Both the position numbers and the translations under genes were made by a program. From a virus (lineage: Duplodnaviria > Caudoviricetes), in IMG/VR virus record IMGVR_UViG_3300032069_000399, positions 1-61,644 of that record: a stretch of 61,644 bases of DNA; one strand, 5' to 3'. Below are positions 27,642 through 37,773 of the stretch, piece by piece. Each line of letters opens with the position of its first letter. Positions within the stretch are counted from its first letter, which is position 1. Under the pieces are notes generated by a model. The model was given only the letters and a program-made list of their open reading frames with translations, made no database searches and was not told where the DNA came from.

Positions 27642-30578
27642 ATGATCACAGCAACCTATCGCTACTACGTCGACTGGGACAATGACGGCGACTTCAGCCT
27701 TCCCGGCGAGGATGTCTCCGCATTTGTCTTCGAAGCCTCGTGGGAGTATGGGCGCGACTACGCCTCCCAGCTGAACGGACGCAGCAAGGCCGGGAGCTGC
27801 CGCCTTAGCCTCGACAACTCCGACAGCCGGTTCTCGCCCTTCAATATTTCGAGTCCGATTTACGGCCAGATGCTCCCCGGCCGCCGCATCCGCATCACGA
27901 TGCAGATCGGAAGCGGGTCGGAAGTGACGATGTGGCAGGGTTTCCTCGAATCCATTTCCCCGACCGTCGGGCCGATGGTGCGGGTGTCGACAGCCGAACT
28001 TCTTGCATATGGCTCGCTTGCCCACAGATCGCTGCAAGGCCAGGTGTCGGTCCCGATGCACACCGACATCAAGACCGGCGACGCGATCACCGAGGTTCTC
28101 GACCAGGCGCAGTTCCCGGTTGGCGAGAGAGTCATCGATGCCGGACAGGGCACGATGTCCCGGTGGTGGGACCAGGGAAACGCAATCCAGGCGCTTCGCG
28201 ACCTCGAGGAGACAGAAGCCGGTTTCCTGCGCGAAACCAAGGACGGAAAGATTGCCTTTGAAGACCGCGCCCATCGCCTTTCCGGTCCGCATACGGCTTC
28301 GCAGGCCACATTCGGCGGCGGCAGCCTGGTCCTGTGGAACCCGCAGCAGGGCGATTCCTCGAAGGGCATCTTTAATTACATCGAGGCCGCGGTCAGGAGC
28401 TTCGACGTTTCCGAGGAAATGGTCCTCTGGACGCTCGCCGGGACGCCGCCTGCAATCGCTCCCGGGGCCACGCTGTCAATCAAAGGCCAGTTCCCCAACC
28501 CCACGTCTCAGAGCGGCTACCTTGCAGTATCGGAATGGACGATTACAGACTACCAGGCAAACAGCCAGGCCGACGACGGCGGCAGCGATCTCACCGAGCA
28601 CGTCGATGCGGTTGCCACGAAGAGTGCGATCGAGATCCTGCTCGAGTTCACGAACAACGGCACCGAAACTGCCTATCTCACCCTGTGCCGCTGCCATGGC
28701 GTCGCCGTCATTGAAAGCGATCCTGTCAAGGTCTGGGCCGAGGATGACGAAAGCAAGGATCGATTCGGCTACCTGCCGTACACCAATGTCGGCAAATTCC
28801 TGACGAACATCGCCGAGGCGCAGGATCGCTGCGATCACTTCCTTGCCATCTACAAAGACCCGGTCCCGATCATCTCGTTCGATCTCAAGGCGAACTATGA
28901 TTCGGCGCACCTTGCCGAAGCCCAGATCCGGGACGTCAGCGACCGCATCACCATCACGGCGGGAGCTCCCTATGGCCTCTACATCGATGAGGATTTCTTC
29001 GTCGAGTGGATCCGCCATAGCGTGGGCAGGGACAAGCTCCATGTCATGACCCTGCTTTGCTCCTCGGTTGTCTCGCACCACTGGCCTGCAAGCGGCACCC
29101 CCTACGAACCCAAGGTCATCCCGCCGCCCACTACCGGCGGCTCACCGCATGTGCCCGACGATCTTTGGACGAACGCAATCGCCTCGGGCCTGCGCCTCGC
29201 GATCGGCGCCGTGGCCGACAAGTGGAACGTGGACATCGACGAAGCGGAGATGCGGGCGAAGCTCTTCGCTGAGGGCTTCTCCGAGACGAGCGTGGACCTG
29301 CGCACGCCGGCCGAGGGCGGCACGCTCGTGCACAACGGCACGGACACGTGGGTGGTCACGGGCCTTGCGGCAGGCAAGTTCGGCATCGCAAAGCGGGTAA
29401 AGGTGGAAACCCCGGGACGCCTGTACTTTGCGTTCAGGCTGCACAACACCAAGGGCTGGAGCGTGTGGACCGACGGCAACGACACTCCGGAAGTGGTGCT
29501 CGACTACCTCGACACGGAAGACCCTGATGCCGCTGACATGGGGCCGCCTGAAGACTGGGCAGTGGAAGTGATCAAAGGCTCGTCACCGAACTCGTGCCGG
29601 ATCGTCGCGTCGCGCCCGAAGGTCAACGGTCACAAGATCCTCTTCGGAGTCTTTCAGATCAGGGATTCATCGGTTGGTCAGTGGCGCGGTATCGCGGACG
29701 ATTCGGGCGTAGCTGGAGGCGCCGAGGTCTGGTACGACGGTAGCGCGCAGGCTCACATTTTCGATCCGGTCAACTTCACGATAACCATCGGTCCTGGCGG
29801 TCCGGTCGACTATGGCGCAGATGTGATTGCAAACGGCGGCCTGCTGCTCATGGATGTGCGCTGCGGCCAGTTCCATCACGACTGGGTCATCTGGAACGGC
29901 CTCGCGCCGTCGCAAGTCGACGGCAACGTCCTGCGCGGCTGCGGCGTGGAGCCGGACGTGGGCAATCCCGACGAGAACGGACTCTACCAGGACGTGCGCA
30001 TCATGATCGTAAAGCCGCCTTGGACGTGGACAGGTGAAGGACACCAGGACAATCAGCCCGGGATGGGTGAATGGGGCGGCGAGTACTGGAAGAACGGCGG
30101 CGACAAGGACACGCAGACATTCGAGAGCGAAGACATCCTATATGACCCGGCAGTGAGTTATGAAGACCTGCAGGGGCGCGTGTGGTTCGGAAACGCGCTT
30201 TGCTTCTCGGACGACGACACCTATTCGGCCTGCCCGAAAGACCCGGGCGACCCGACGGACCCCGGGGTCATCATCGTCAAGTGGAGCTCGCACATCGTCA
30301 TCGACTGCAACCTGGGCAGCATCTTCTACCTGCTGCTGACGGCGGACGCAATCCTCGATCCGCTGGTGAACGCGAAACACTGCAAGCCCATCATCCTCAT
30401 CGTTCAGCAGGACAGCGTGGGCGGCCACAGGCTCACGCTTGATGATATCTACAACACCGGCATCGACATCGACGATGTCGCGCTGTCTGGCGAACCGGAT
30501 GGGCGCGACTACTTCGGGTTCATGCATAACGCGGATTATGAAGAAACGGATGTGGTTGCTTTCGTGAGGGGCTACTGA
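27642..30578 (+). CDS. Large tail tip/hub protein
   Basis: VDWDNDGDF, LDNSDSRFSP N-terminal siphovirus tail motifs; follows the tape measure gene. Confidence 0.75.
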   Translation: MITATYRYYVDWDNDGDFSLPGEDVSAFVFEASWEYGRDYASQLNGRSKAGSCRLSLDNSDSRFSPFNISSPIYGQMLPGRRIRITMQIGSGSEVTMWQGFLESISPTVGPMVRVSTAELLAYGSLAHRSLQGQVSVPMHTDIKTGDAITEVLDQAQFPVGERVIDAGQGTMSRWWDQGNAIQALRDLEETEAGFLRETKDGKIAFEDRAHRLSGPHTASQATFGGGSLVLWNPQQGDSSKGIFNYIEAAVRSFDVSEEMVLWTLAGTPPAIAPGATLSIKGQFPNPTSQSGYLAVSEWTITDYQANSQADDGGSDLTEHVDAVATKSAIEILLEFTNNGTETAYLTLCRCHGVAVIESDPVKVWAEDDESKDRFGYLPYTNVGKFLTNIAEAQDRCDHFLAIYKDPVPIISFDLKANYDSAHLAEAQIRDVSDRITITAGAPYGLYIDEDFFVEWIRHSVGRDKLHVMTLLCSSVVSHHWPASGTPYEPKVIPPPTTGGSPHVPDDLWTNAIASGLRLAIGAVADKWNVDIDEAEMRAKLFAEGFSETSVDLRTPAEGGTLVHNGTDTWVVTGLAAGKFGIAKRVKVETPGRLYFAFRLHNTKGWSVWTDGNDTPEVVLDYLDTEDPDAADMGPPEDWAVEVIKGSSPNSCRIVASRPKVNGHKILFGVFQIRDSSVGQWRGIADDSGVAGGAEVWYDGSAQAHIFDPVNFTITIGPGGPVDYGADVIANGGLLLMDVRCGQFHHDWVIWNGLAPSQVDGNVLRGCGVEPDVGNPDENGLYQDVRIMIVKPPWTWTGEGHQDNQPGMGEWGGEYWKNGGDKDTQTFESEDILYDPAVSYEDLQGRVWFGNALCFSDDDTYSACPKDPGDPTDPGVIIVKWSSHIVIDCNLGSIFYLLLTADAILDPLVNAKHCKPIILIVQQDSVGGHRLTLDDIYNTGIDIDDVALSGEPDGRDYFGFMHNADYEETDVVAFVRGY

Positions 30579-31402
30579 TGGCGGTGCCGGCCTTTCTCAA
30601 CGCGCCTTTCCGGTCGCTGAAGATCACGATCACGGACGTGGCGGACATCATCACGAATCTCCGGAGCGAGCTCCTGGCGCTGGCCGATCCCTGGACGGAG
30701 CCGGTGGCCGGCACGTTTAAGTCTCCGGCGCGCGCCGACGGCGTGTTCTTCACCGTCACTGTGGCGAGAATCATCGTCACACGCATCAGCTATGTCGTAA
30801 AGGATCACCAGGGGCTGCTTATCAACAACGACACGGACACGCGGCAGGACATTAAGGCTTCGGGCACGACCGATGTCTACATCTACACGAGTCCGTTTTA
30901 CGTGATCGTCGACTCAGCCGGGGCGACGGCTGGCACGCCGGAATGCTGGGGCGCCGGCATAGCGTGTCGCGAGCCCGAGCCGTTGGCCATTCCGCGTCCC
31001 AGCTATTGGGCGTCGCGCGGTCCCCGGCACGCGGCAGGCGCGTACGCGCTAACGTATAACGCGTGGTGGTACACATGGTATTTAAGCGTCGGGGCGACTG
31101 CCTACGCGACGGACAACTACGGCATCCTCAACCTTCGCTCAAAGGCAACAAACTACTACCTCGACCGCTTCTCGATGTGCGGCACCCTGATGTTCATCTC
31201 GATGGAAATGTGCGCTGCCTCGTGGCTGCTGGGACGCAGGTTCAACATGGTGATCTCTGACGGAATTCAGCCGGATCAGAGCGAGTGGTCGGTCCCATTG
31301 GACGCGGAAACGGTGGGCACGTTCCGCGCGCTGGGCTGGGGTGTGTTGGGAGGCGGCGTCTCCGTCCACTACGAACAAAAGGTCTACGTGAGGGTTGCCT
31401 GA
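30578..31402 (+). CDS. Tail-region paralog A
   Basis: FKSPARADG.FFT and NN.T.T.QDI shared with 32245-33060. Confidence 0.75.
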   Translation: MAVPAFLNAPFRSLKITITDVADIITNLRSELLALADPWTEPVAGTFKSPARADGVFFTVTVARIIVTRISYVVKDHQGLLINNDTDTRQDIKASGTTDVYIYTSPFYVIVDSAGATAGTPECWGAGIACREPEPLAIPRPSYWASRGPRHAAGAYALTYNAWWYTWYLSVGATAYATDNYGILNLRSKATNYYLDRFSMCGTLMFISMEMCAASWLLGRRFNMVISDGIQPDQSEWSVPLDAETVGTFRALGWGVLGGGVSVHYEQKVYVRVA

Positions 31403-32244
31403 TGGCAGTGCCTTCCTACCTGAACACCGGCTTTCGCTACTTCGAGCGCGTCGGCGTGTCGGACGTTCAGCAGATCATCGACGATGTCGAGGACGAGGTG
31501 CTGGCGAGCTCGGGGCTGGGTGATGTGGCGTGGTCGTCGTGGACGAATCCAGGTGCGGGGTTATACAAGTCCCCGGTGGATGCATGGAACCGCTTCATGG
31601 ACGTGCTATTGACGAGGGTTACGCAGCAAAAACTCGAAATGAGGCTGCGCAACCAGAACGCCGAAACGATCATGACCCGCCGCATCATCCTGTCCTCTTC
31701 CTATACCTGGACCGTGCGCATCTACAGCGGACCCTACCACCTGCTCATCGATGTCTACATGGGAGGCGCGCCCAGCCAGGGCTTTAGCGCCGGCATCCTT
31801 GACCTGAGCCCCGATCCGCAGGACTGCCACAGCCTTTACGTTTACGGCACCGGCCCATATGACACCTCGGACTTCAACGACAACACCGACAACGCAGACA
31901 GCGCGTTCATAAAGGCTGGGACAAGCGCGGCCGGGCACACCAACTGCGTAGCTCTGTATGGCGTGGTCGGTAGCGGCGGTGGATTCGGATACAGAACCTT
32001 GAGCGGGGCGCGCGTGCACCGCACCAGGGAGTTCTGGACGCAGCAGATAGGCGCGTCCGGCATGTACGGTTATTACCACCACGCGGGAATCGCGTACCAG
32101 CAGTTGTGGTGTCCAACGGCAATGTGCAAGGAAGGCAGCAAGCAGTTTGTGCCGATCGACACTGGCAAGCTCGGCGTCTTTCGTGTCATCGGCGCGGCGC
32201 CGCGGCCGGAATCTAACTGGGCGGTTTGCGCGAGGATGGCCTGA
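31402..32244 (+). CDS. Tail-region paralog B
   Basis: YFER.GVSDVQ and WTNPGAGLYKSPVD shared with 33061-33867. Confidence 0.75.
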   Translation: MAVPSYLNTGFRYFERVGVSDVQQIIDDVEDEVLASSGLGDVAWSSWTNPGAGLYKSPVDAWNRFMDVLLTRVTQQKLEMRLRNQNAETIMTRRIILSSSYTWTVRIYSGPYHLLIDVYMGGAPSQGFSAGILDLSPDPQDCHSLYVYGTGPYDTSDFNDNTDNADSAFIKAGTSAAGHTNCVALYGVVGSGGGFGYRTLSGARVHRTREFWTQQIGASGMYGYYHHAGIAYQQLWCPTAMCKEGSKQFVPIDTGKLGVFRVIGAAPRPESNWAVCARMA

Positions 32245-33060
32245 ATGAGCGTGCTGCCCTGCTACAACACCTCGTTCCGTTACCTGAACACTGCCGGAGT
32301 CACGGACGTGCAGACGATCATAAACGATCTGTACGCGGAGTTGGTGGCGCATGGAGGCTGGACCTGCACGGTTGGTGGCATCGGGGCATCGCCGACGGAG
32401 TTCAAGTCGCCAGCCCGCGCTGATGGGGCATTCTTCACGATCAACCTCACGCGCACGTCCGCCACGCGCCTCTCGTGGATCATCAAGGACCAGTACGGGA
32501 TCCTGGTCAATAACCAGACCACGACCAAGCAGGACATCGACGCCGGCGGCAGTTCAATCGACTACTTTACCGGTCCGATGCATGTGTGCGTGAACGCGCT
32601 GCGGGCCACTCCCGAGACCATGCACTGCGGCATGGCCGAGCAGTCGCCCGAAGGAAGCGACTCCATTCCATATGCGGTTATCTGGGCGCACCGGGGGCCG
32701 AGGAATGACGCGGGCACGCTGGCGGCGGACCGCTATTGGAATACTGTCTTTCTGAGGCTTAATGCCGCGACTACGTACTACGCTTCTGCAACTAACTCAA
32801 TCATGAGGGGCAGGCTGACCAGCGCGCGCACGCGCAGCCAGACGATCGCCGGCACCTGGCAGTTCTTTCCATTGGAGTTCCTGGACTACTCCAACTACAC
32901 CTGGATGGGCCGCGCCGCCCAGTGCGTGCTTGTGGACCAGTCGCAGTTTGCCCCGGGCGCCGAGATCACGGTGCCCTTGGGCGGCGCTGCCACGGGCGTT
33001 TTCAAGGTGGATGGCTGCCTGGCGACTTCCGGGTTGAGAACGGCATGGAGGAGAGGCTAG
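32245..33060 (+). CDS. Tail-region paralog A'
   Basis: Homologous to 30578-31402. Confidence 0.75.
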   Translation: MSVLPCYNTSFRYLNTAGVTDVQTIINDLYAELVAHGGWTCTVGGIGASPTEFKSPARADGAFFTINLTRTSATRLSWIIKDQYGILVNNQTTTKQDIDAGGSSIDYFTGPMHVCVNALRATPETMHCGMAEQSPEGSDSIPYAVIWAHRGPRNDAGTLAADRYWNTVFLRLNAATTYYASATNSIMRGRLTSARTRSQTIAGTWQFFPLEFLDYSNYTWMGRAAQCVLVDQSQFAPGAEITVPLGGAATGVFKVDGCLATSGLRTAWRRG

Positions 33061-33867
33061 ATGGCAGCCCCAACCTTCCTGTCGTCGAGCTTCGCCTATT
33101 TTGAGCGGCAGGGCGTGAGCGACGTGCAGACGATCATGGATGACATCGACCACCAGGTGAAAAACCACACGACGCCGGCGTGGACAAACCCGGGCGCGGG
33201 CCTCTACAAGTCGCCGGTGGATTCGAGCGGGCGATTCTTCGACGTGCTGTTGACGAGAATTACACAGTACAAGCTCGAGTGGCGCGTGCGCGACTACAAC
33301 GCGAACACGATTTGCACCAGGCGCATTAACCTGCCATCGACCAACACATGGACCGTGCACCTGTGGTTCGGCGAAAACCACCTGGAGGTTGGTGTCGATT
33401 GCGGATCGGCGGTGCCGGAGTTCCTGACGGCTGGACTGCTCGACTGCTCGCCGGATTCGCAAAGCTCTCACACACACAATGTCTATGGCCACGGCAGCCG
33501 CACGAATGCCGATGTTGCGGACGGATATGCCACCGTCGCCTATGCGATCATGTGGGACGGCGGTGCCGCCGGCGCAGCCTACACAATCCGCCTGCAGGCC
33601 TTCTGCCCCCAGTCATACGGGCAGGCCGCCGTGCTAACTATGAATGGCGCGCGGATGTACCGCGAAGCGGCATATTTCGCCCTGGCGACGGGCGAAGCGA
33701 CAAACCACAAGATCGCCGGCAGGCGCTACCACACACTCATTTGCGATGCCAACCTGCCGCACTTCTCCCGGATCACGGTGCCGATCGACCTCGGCGTGTC
33801 AGGCACTTTTATGGTGACGGGCCAGGCCGCAAGTGGGGGCCAGAGGCTCTGCATGAGGATTGCGTAG
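33061..33867 (+). CDS. Tail-region paralog B'
   Basis: Homologous to 31402-32244. Confidence 0.75.
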   Translation: MAAPTFLSSSFAYFERQGVSDVQTIMDDIDHQVKNHTTPAWTNPGAGLYKSPVDSSGRFFDVLLTRITQYKLEWRVRDYNANTICTRRINLPSTNTWTVHLWFGENHLEVGVDCGSAVPEFLTAGLLDCSPDSQSSHTHNVYGHGSRTNADVADGYATVAYAIMWDGGAAGAAYTIRLQAFCPQSYGQAAVLTMNGARMYREAAYFALATGEATNHKIAGRRYHTLICDANLPHFSRITVPIDLGVSGTFMVTGQAASGGQRLCMRIA

Positions 33868-33869
33868 CG

Positions 33870-34667
33870 GTGCGGCTCCAGATCAAGAAGCTCTCGGAAA
33901 CGCGCCTCGATGAAGGACTGGCGACGACCGTCAATGCAGCCAGCGCCTCGAACATGATGGCCGAGTTTGCGGCGATCGAAAAAACGGAGTGCATGTTCGA
34001 GTTTGCCTCGCTGAACAAGCTCGAACAGAGCATCGACCTTTGGAACCTGCGCATCCGCACCTGGGACACCCAGCACGAGCACTGGGGCACAAGCAAGCCC
34101 CCGGAAGACTTCCCGGCGCCCGAATGCATCAACCTGCTTCACGCGGAAACGCAGTGGTACCAGGTCACGCTGATCGGCGCGGCCAACAAGGCAAACTGCG
34201 ACATCTCGGCAAGCGCGACCAGCGTGAACGTCTATGACGGCATGAACGGCCCCCCGCCGGGGAACATCTCGCCTCCTGGCGGCGGCGTGATCATGATGAC
34301 GGATGAGCATGCGCATTACGGGAGCCGCGGCGCTACCAGTTACAGCCAGCTCGTGCGCGGCTGGGACAACACGGTGCCTGCCTCGCATTACGGCCACGAC
34401 ATGGGCGCGCAGAGCCCCGGCCCTCCCCCGATTCCGCCGGACACGAGGCATGACCCGGTTTTCATGAAGAAGTTCAGCACCTCGCTGACGCACTTCATTT
34501 CGATGGCGAGCGAACAGACCGTAATGCTGCCGCGGCCGCTCAATTACTCGCCTTCCGGGTCCCGCAGCGGCATCTTCATGCCGATCATCCTTCGTTACCT
34601 TGCGGACAGGCGGATCTCAAAGACGCTGAGCACAGTGCGACGCCGGACCCTGGGGACACCGGCATAA
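33870..34667 (+). CDS. Hypothetical protein, probably virion associated
   Basis: GTG 3 nt after the previous stop; codon usage like its neighbours. Confidence 0.55.
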   Translation: MRLQIKKLSETRLDEGLATTVNAASASNMMAEFAAIEKTECMFEFASLNKLEQSIDLWNLRIRTWDTQHEHWGTSKPPEDFPAPECINLLHAETQWYQVTLIGAANKANCDISASATSVNVYDGMNGPPPGNISPPGGGVIMMTDEHAHYGSRGATSYSQLVRGWDNTVPASHYGHDMGAQSPGPPPIPPDTRHDPVFMKKFSTSLTHFISMASEQTVMLPRPLNYSPSGSRSGIFMPIILRYLADRRISKTLSTVRRRTLGTPA

Positions 34668-34701
34668 GCAGGGCGATGACCTATACGCTGGAGGGCATGG
34701 A

Positions 34702-35013
34702 GTGGGAGAAGTGGGAAAACTGATACTTGAGGGCGCGGCCGGCGCCTTGATCGAAATCGTGATCCTGGTGGTGACCGGAGTGGTTCTCCTGGATCGCGTC
34801 AAAAACCTGACCCGGGACCTCAATACGAGGGTGGGCGCATTGGAGCACTGGCGCGACGAGCACATATCGAGCACCCAGCCGCACGCAGTCTGCATCCTCG
34901 AGGACCGCAGGAAGCTCGATGAGCACGAACGTCTGGAAAGGATCGAACGCAAGATTGACCGCCTCGAAGAGCGAATCGATGCCCTGACCGAGAAGATCCA
35001 TGAGCGAAACTGA
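34702..35013 (+). CDS. Single-TM coiled-coil protein (holin/antiholin-like)
   Basis: One TM segment then a charged coiled coil; precedes the endolysin. Confidence 0.55.
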   Translation: MGEVGKLILEGAAGALIEIVILVVTGVVLLDRVKNLTRDLNTRVGALEHWRDEHISSTQPHAVCILEDRRKLDEHERLERIERKIDRLEERIDALTEKIHERN

Positions 35014-35518
35014 GATCCTGCGGTTCATCAGGGAGACCTATGGCGGGATGATCGCCGACGCTGCCTTGAAGCACCGCCACCGGCCCGAGGTCCTCGCCGG
35101 GATCATCATGCGTGAAACGCAGGGCGGCCTGTCCTCTTTGCTCGATCAGCCGGGGCCGGAGGGCCGCGGCGACCGCGATAAGGAAGGCCGATACCATGGC
35201 CACGGCTTATGTCAGATCGACGACCGCTCCTTCCCGGAATTCTGCGCTGGCCCGGACTGGAAGGATCCCACGAAAAACATAGAAATGGGTGCCTGGGTGC
35301 TTGCCCGGAAGCGCGCCTTCCTCGCGGCAAGAACACTCAGCTTAACGCTCCCGTTAGATGATCTCGAAAGGGCTGCGATTGCGGCATACAACGCAGGCGA
35401 GGGCCGGGTTCTCAAAGTCATCGAGCAGGGCCTTGACGTCGATATCCGCACCGCGCACGGCAACTACTCCCGCGAGGTTCTGCGATTCGCGGACCTGTAT
35501 CTGAAACTGGAGGTTTGA
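35000..35518 (+). CDS. Endolysin, lysozyme g/SLT (GH23)-like
   Basis: IIMRET catalytic Glu, GLCQIDDR, AAYNAG, NYSREV. Confidence 0.88.
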   Translation: MSETEILRFIRETYGGMIADAALKHRHRPEVLAGIIMRETQGGLSSLLDQPGPEGRGDRDKEGRYHGHGLCQIDDRSFPEFCAGPDWKDPTKNIEMGAWVLARKRAFLAARTLSLTLPLDDLERAAIAAYNAGEGRVLKVIEQGLDVDIRTAHGNYSREVLRFADLYLKLEV

Positions 35519-35521
35519 GAC

Positions 35522-35728
35522 ATGGATTGGCACGATTGGCTACGCAACGACAAAACGCTGCTTGCGCTGCTGATGATGGCCTTCATCGCTGTCTGGTGCT
35601 TCACACGCTACGATAAACTCCTCGATATTGTCACGACGCTGGAGGGCGCCCTCATCGCCCTGATCACGGGCCAGGTGCTGCGACGGGGAAACGGAACCGG
35701 CACGAGCACCCAGGACCAACCCAAGTGA
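35522..35728 (+). CDS. Putative holin (2 TM)
   Basis: 68 aa, two hydrophobic segments, next to the endolysin. Confidence 0.55.
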   Translation: MDWHDWLRNDKTLLALLMMAFIAVWCFTRYDKLLDIVTTLEGALIALITGQVLRRGNGTGTSTQDQPK

Positions 35729-36438
35729 AGAAGTTCACTGATTGCCTGAAATGCCTTTGCCTGTTGGCAGCGGCTTTCGCCCTGGTCGAAGCCGGCCTGG
35801 CATTCCGGAATATCGGACGGGCTTCTTCAGCGGCTATGACAACGGTCGACAATGTCGCCGAAGAGATGGAGAAGACCGCGGCTGTGGTTTCGGAATACGC
35901 TCGATACCAGACGCAGCAGCTCCAGGATCCCCGCAACCGAAAGGCGCTCGACGCCGGCATCCAGGCCCTTGCCGTGTTCAACGGCACCGGCAGGCTCATC
36001 AACCGGCAGGTGATCCCCCGGGCGATGGAGGTACTTGACAGCCTATCGAATGCTACGGCCTCCCTCGACCGGGCAATCCAGGCAACGGACCAATCAGTAA
36101 ACGGCGACCTGCTCCCGGAATCTAAGCGGTTGCTTGCCGGAACCACCGATGCCGTTGCATCCACCCGGAAATCAGTCGACGAGACCACGGCACTGATCCT
36201 CCAGGCCGGCAACGATATCCACACGATCCTTTCGGATCCAGCCCTGAAATCCATCCTGGTCGAAACCCGGGAGATCGCGACGCATGCCGACGGCATCGCA
36301 TCGAACCTCGAGGAGGCATCCAAGCGGATGCCCCTTATCGCCGCTGATGTCGAGCGAATCGCCGCGACCAGTTCCCGTTATCGCAAGGCAATTTTGTTGA
36401 GTCAAATCCTGTCCGCCCTCGCGCGGGCATTCTTCTAG
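35725..36438 (+). CDS. Membrane-anchored helical protein (possibly spanin-like)
   Basis: N-terminal TM and long amphipathic helices in the lysis cassette. Confidence 0.45.
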   Translation: MKKFTDCLKCLCLLAAAFALVEAGLAFRNIGRASSAAMTTVDNVAEEMEKTAAVVSEYARYQTQQLQDPRNRKALDAGIQALAVFNGTGRLINRQVIPRAMEVLDSLSNATASLDRAIQATDQSVNGDLLPESKRLLAGTTDAVASTRKSVDETTALILQAGNDIHTILSDPALKSILVETREIATHADGIASNLEEASKRMPLIAADVERIAATSSRYRKAILLSQILSALARAFF

Positions 36439-36446
36439 GAGAAAAC

Positions 36447-36731
36447 ATGATCAATCTGTTGAAGCGCATCGGCGGCACCCTGAAGGACGCCGTGGTTCAA
36501 ATTTTCGGCCTACAGGTAGTTTTCGGCCCCGGAACCGGGGAAATCAAGAAGGCAGCTATCATGGATTTCCTGAAGAACGCGATCGGTGTCGGCGAGCTGG
36601 CCCTCGGCCGTGACATCGTCGATGAGGCGGAATTTATTGCTGGCCTTGACCAGGCGGCTGAAGGTGTGTTGCGCTCCCTTAAGGCCACCAACCTGTGGCA
36701 AAAGACTTTTGGTGCGAACAAGCCTGCGTAA
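36447..36731 (+). CDS. Hypothetical phage protein
   Basis: AGGAG RBS; end of the late operon. Confidence 0.6.
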   Translation: MINLLKRIGGTLKDAVVQIFGLQVVFGPGTGEIKKAAIMDFLKNAIGVGELALGRDIVDEAEFIAGLDQAAEGVLRSLKATNLWQKTFGANKPA

Positions 36732-36986
36732 CGGAATCGCATGATCTTCGAGCGACCGACATGGTCGCCAACTGGACCCGATACCTGGCAATGCCCCCAG
36801 AAATCCGATCCCTTCCCCTGTTCGCCGCCAAGCTTGCGCGTCAGGTCTAAGTCAAAGTGCCACTCTATCTTAGAAAGACGTCGTGTTTGCTGCCTCGGTT
36901 AGCCCTGGCAGCCGTGTGCTACACTAAAATGATCACAGGGTTCGATCCGACGGAAGGGCATCCCCTCTGCCGGAAAGGACTCTTGG

Positions 36987-37015
36987 TTGTAAAAGCGCAT
37001 GCCGATCTGTAAGAT
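36987..37015 (+). promoter_or_regulatory. Putative sigma70 promoter of the TA pair
   Basis: TTGTAA-17bp-TAAGAT. Confidence 0.4.
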
Positions 37016-37062
37016 GGCGGTTTCAAAATTCTGATTGGCACTTGCGCTGCCCAGGTGGCCCG

Positions 37063-37767
37063 ATGGATTCTCTAACGCCCTCGAAGTTTGTCGAGTGGGC
37101 GGTTTGGTATGCTGAACAGTACGGTGCAAACCTTACTCCCATTCGCATAGTAAAATTCCTTTATCTGCTCGATCTCTATTACGCACGCCAGAGCGGCGGA
37201 AAGATTTTGACCGGATGGCGGTGGAGGTTCATACACTATGGACCTTTCTGCGGCGAGGCGCTGGATGCAATTTCGGAGGCTGAAACGGCAGGGCTCATTG
37301 CTGGCCAAGTGTTTTCAAGCAGATTTGACAAAGACGGCAGATATTATCGGCACTCCGGAGAAGAAGCGCCCGAGGAGATTCCAGACCTTTTGCCTCAATA
37401 CGTCTGCAGCGAAATCAAGCATGCAGTTAAACTGTGGGCAGATGATACGTACGGATTGCTCAACTTCGTCTACTTCAACACGGAGCCTATGATTTCTGCA
37501 CTCCCTGCTCAGACGCTAGACTTCTCTTCGGCAGAGAAACCCCTTGTCGAAAAGCCAATCGCGATGATCCCCCTCTCCAAAAAGAAGCTAAAGAAAGCCA
37601 ATGAGTTATTGGGGAAATTGCGCGCTGCGCAGCAGCGACAGCTTGCACGAAATGACGAGATTGCCAGCAAGGGCCTTCAAGATGCAGCTTATCTTGAGGC
37701 ACTTCGCGCTCTTGAAGATACAGAGACCCTCATTTCTTTCAGTGGCACTCTTGATCTCACCTCCTAG
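37063..37767 (+). CDS. Panacea (DUF4065/SocA-like) antitoxin
   Basis: KFLYLLD...TGWRW...YGP signature. Confidence 0.75.
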   Translation: MDSLTPSKFVEWAVWYAEQYGANLTPIRIVKFLYLLDLYYARQSGGKILTGWRWRFIHYGPFCGEALDAISEAETAGLIAGQVFSSRFDKDGRYYRHSGEEAPEEIPDLLPQYVCSEIKHAVKLWADDTYGLLNFVYFNTEPMISALPAQTLDFSSAEKPLVEKPIAMIPLSKKKLKKANELLGKLRAAQQRQLARNDEIASKGLQDAAYLEALRALEDTETLISFSGTLDLTS

Positions 37768-37773
37768 GCGGCG

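Noticed and set aside
30578-33867. Diversity-generating retroelement or shufflon acting on the tail paralogs
   Set aside because: No reverse transcriptase, no adenine-specific TR/VR pair, no invertase and no inverted cassettes seen in the window
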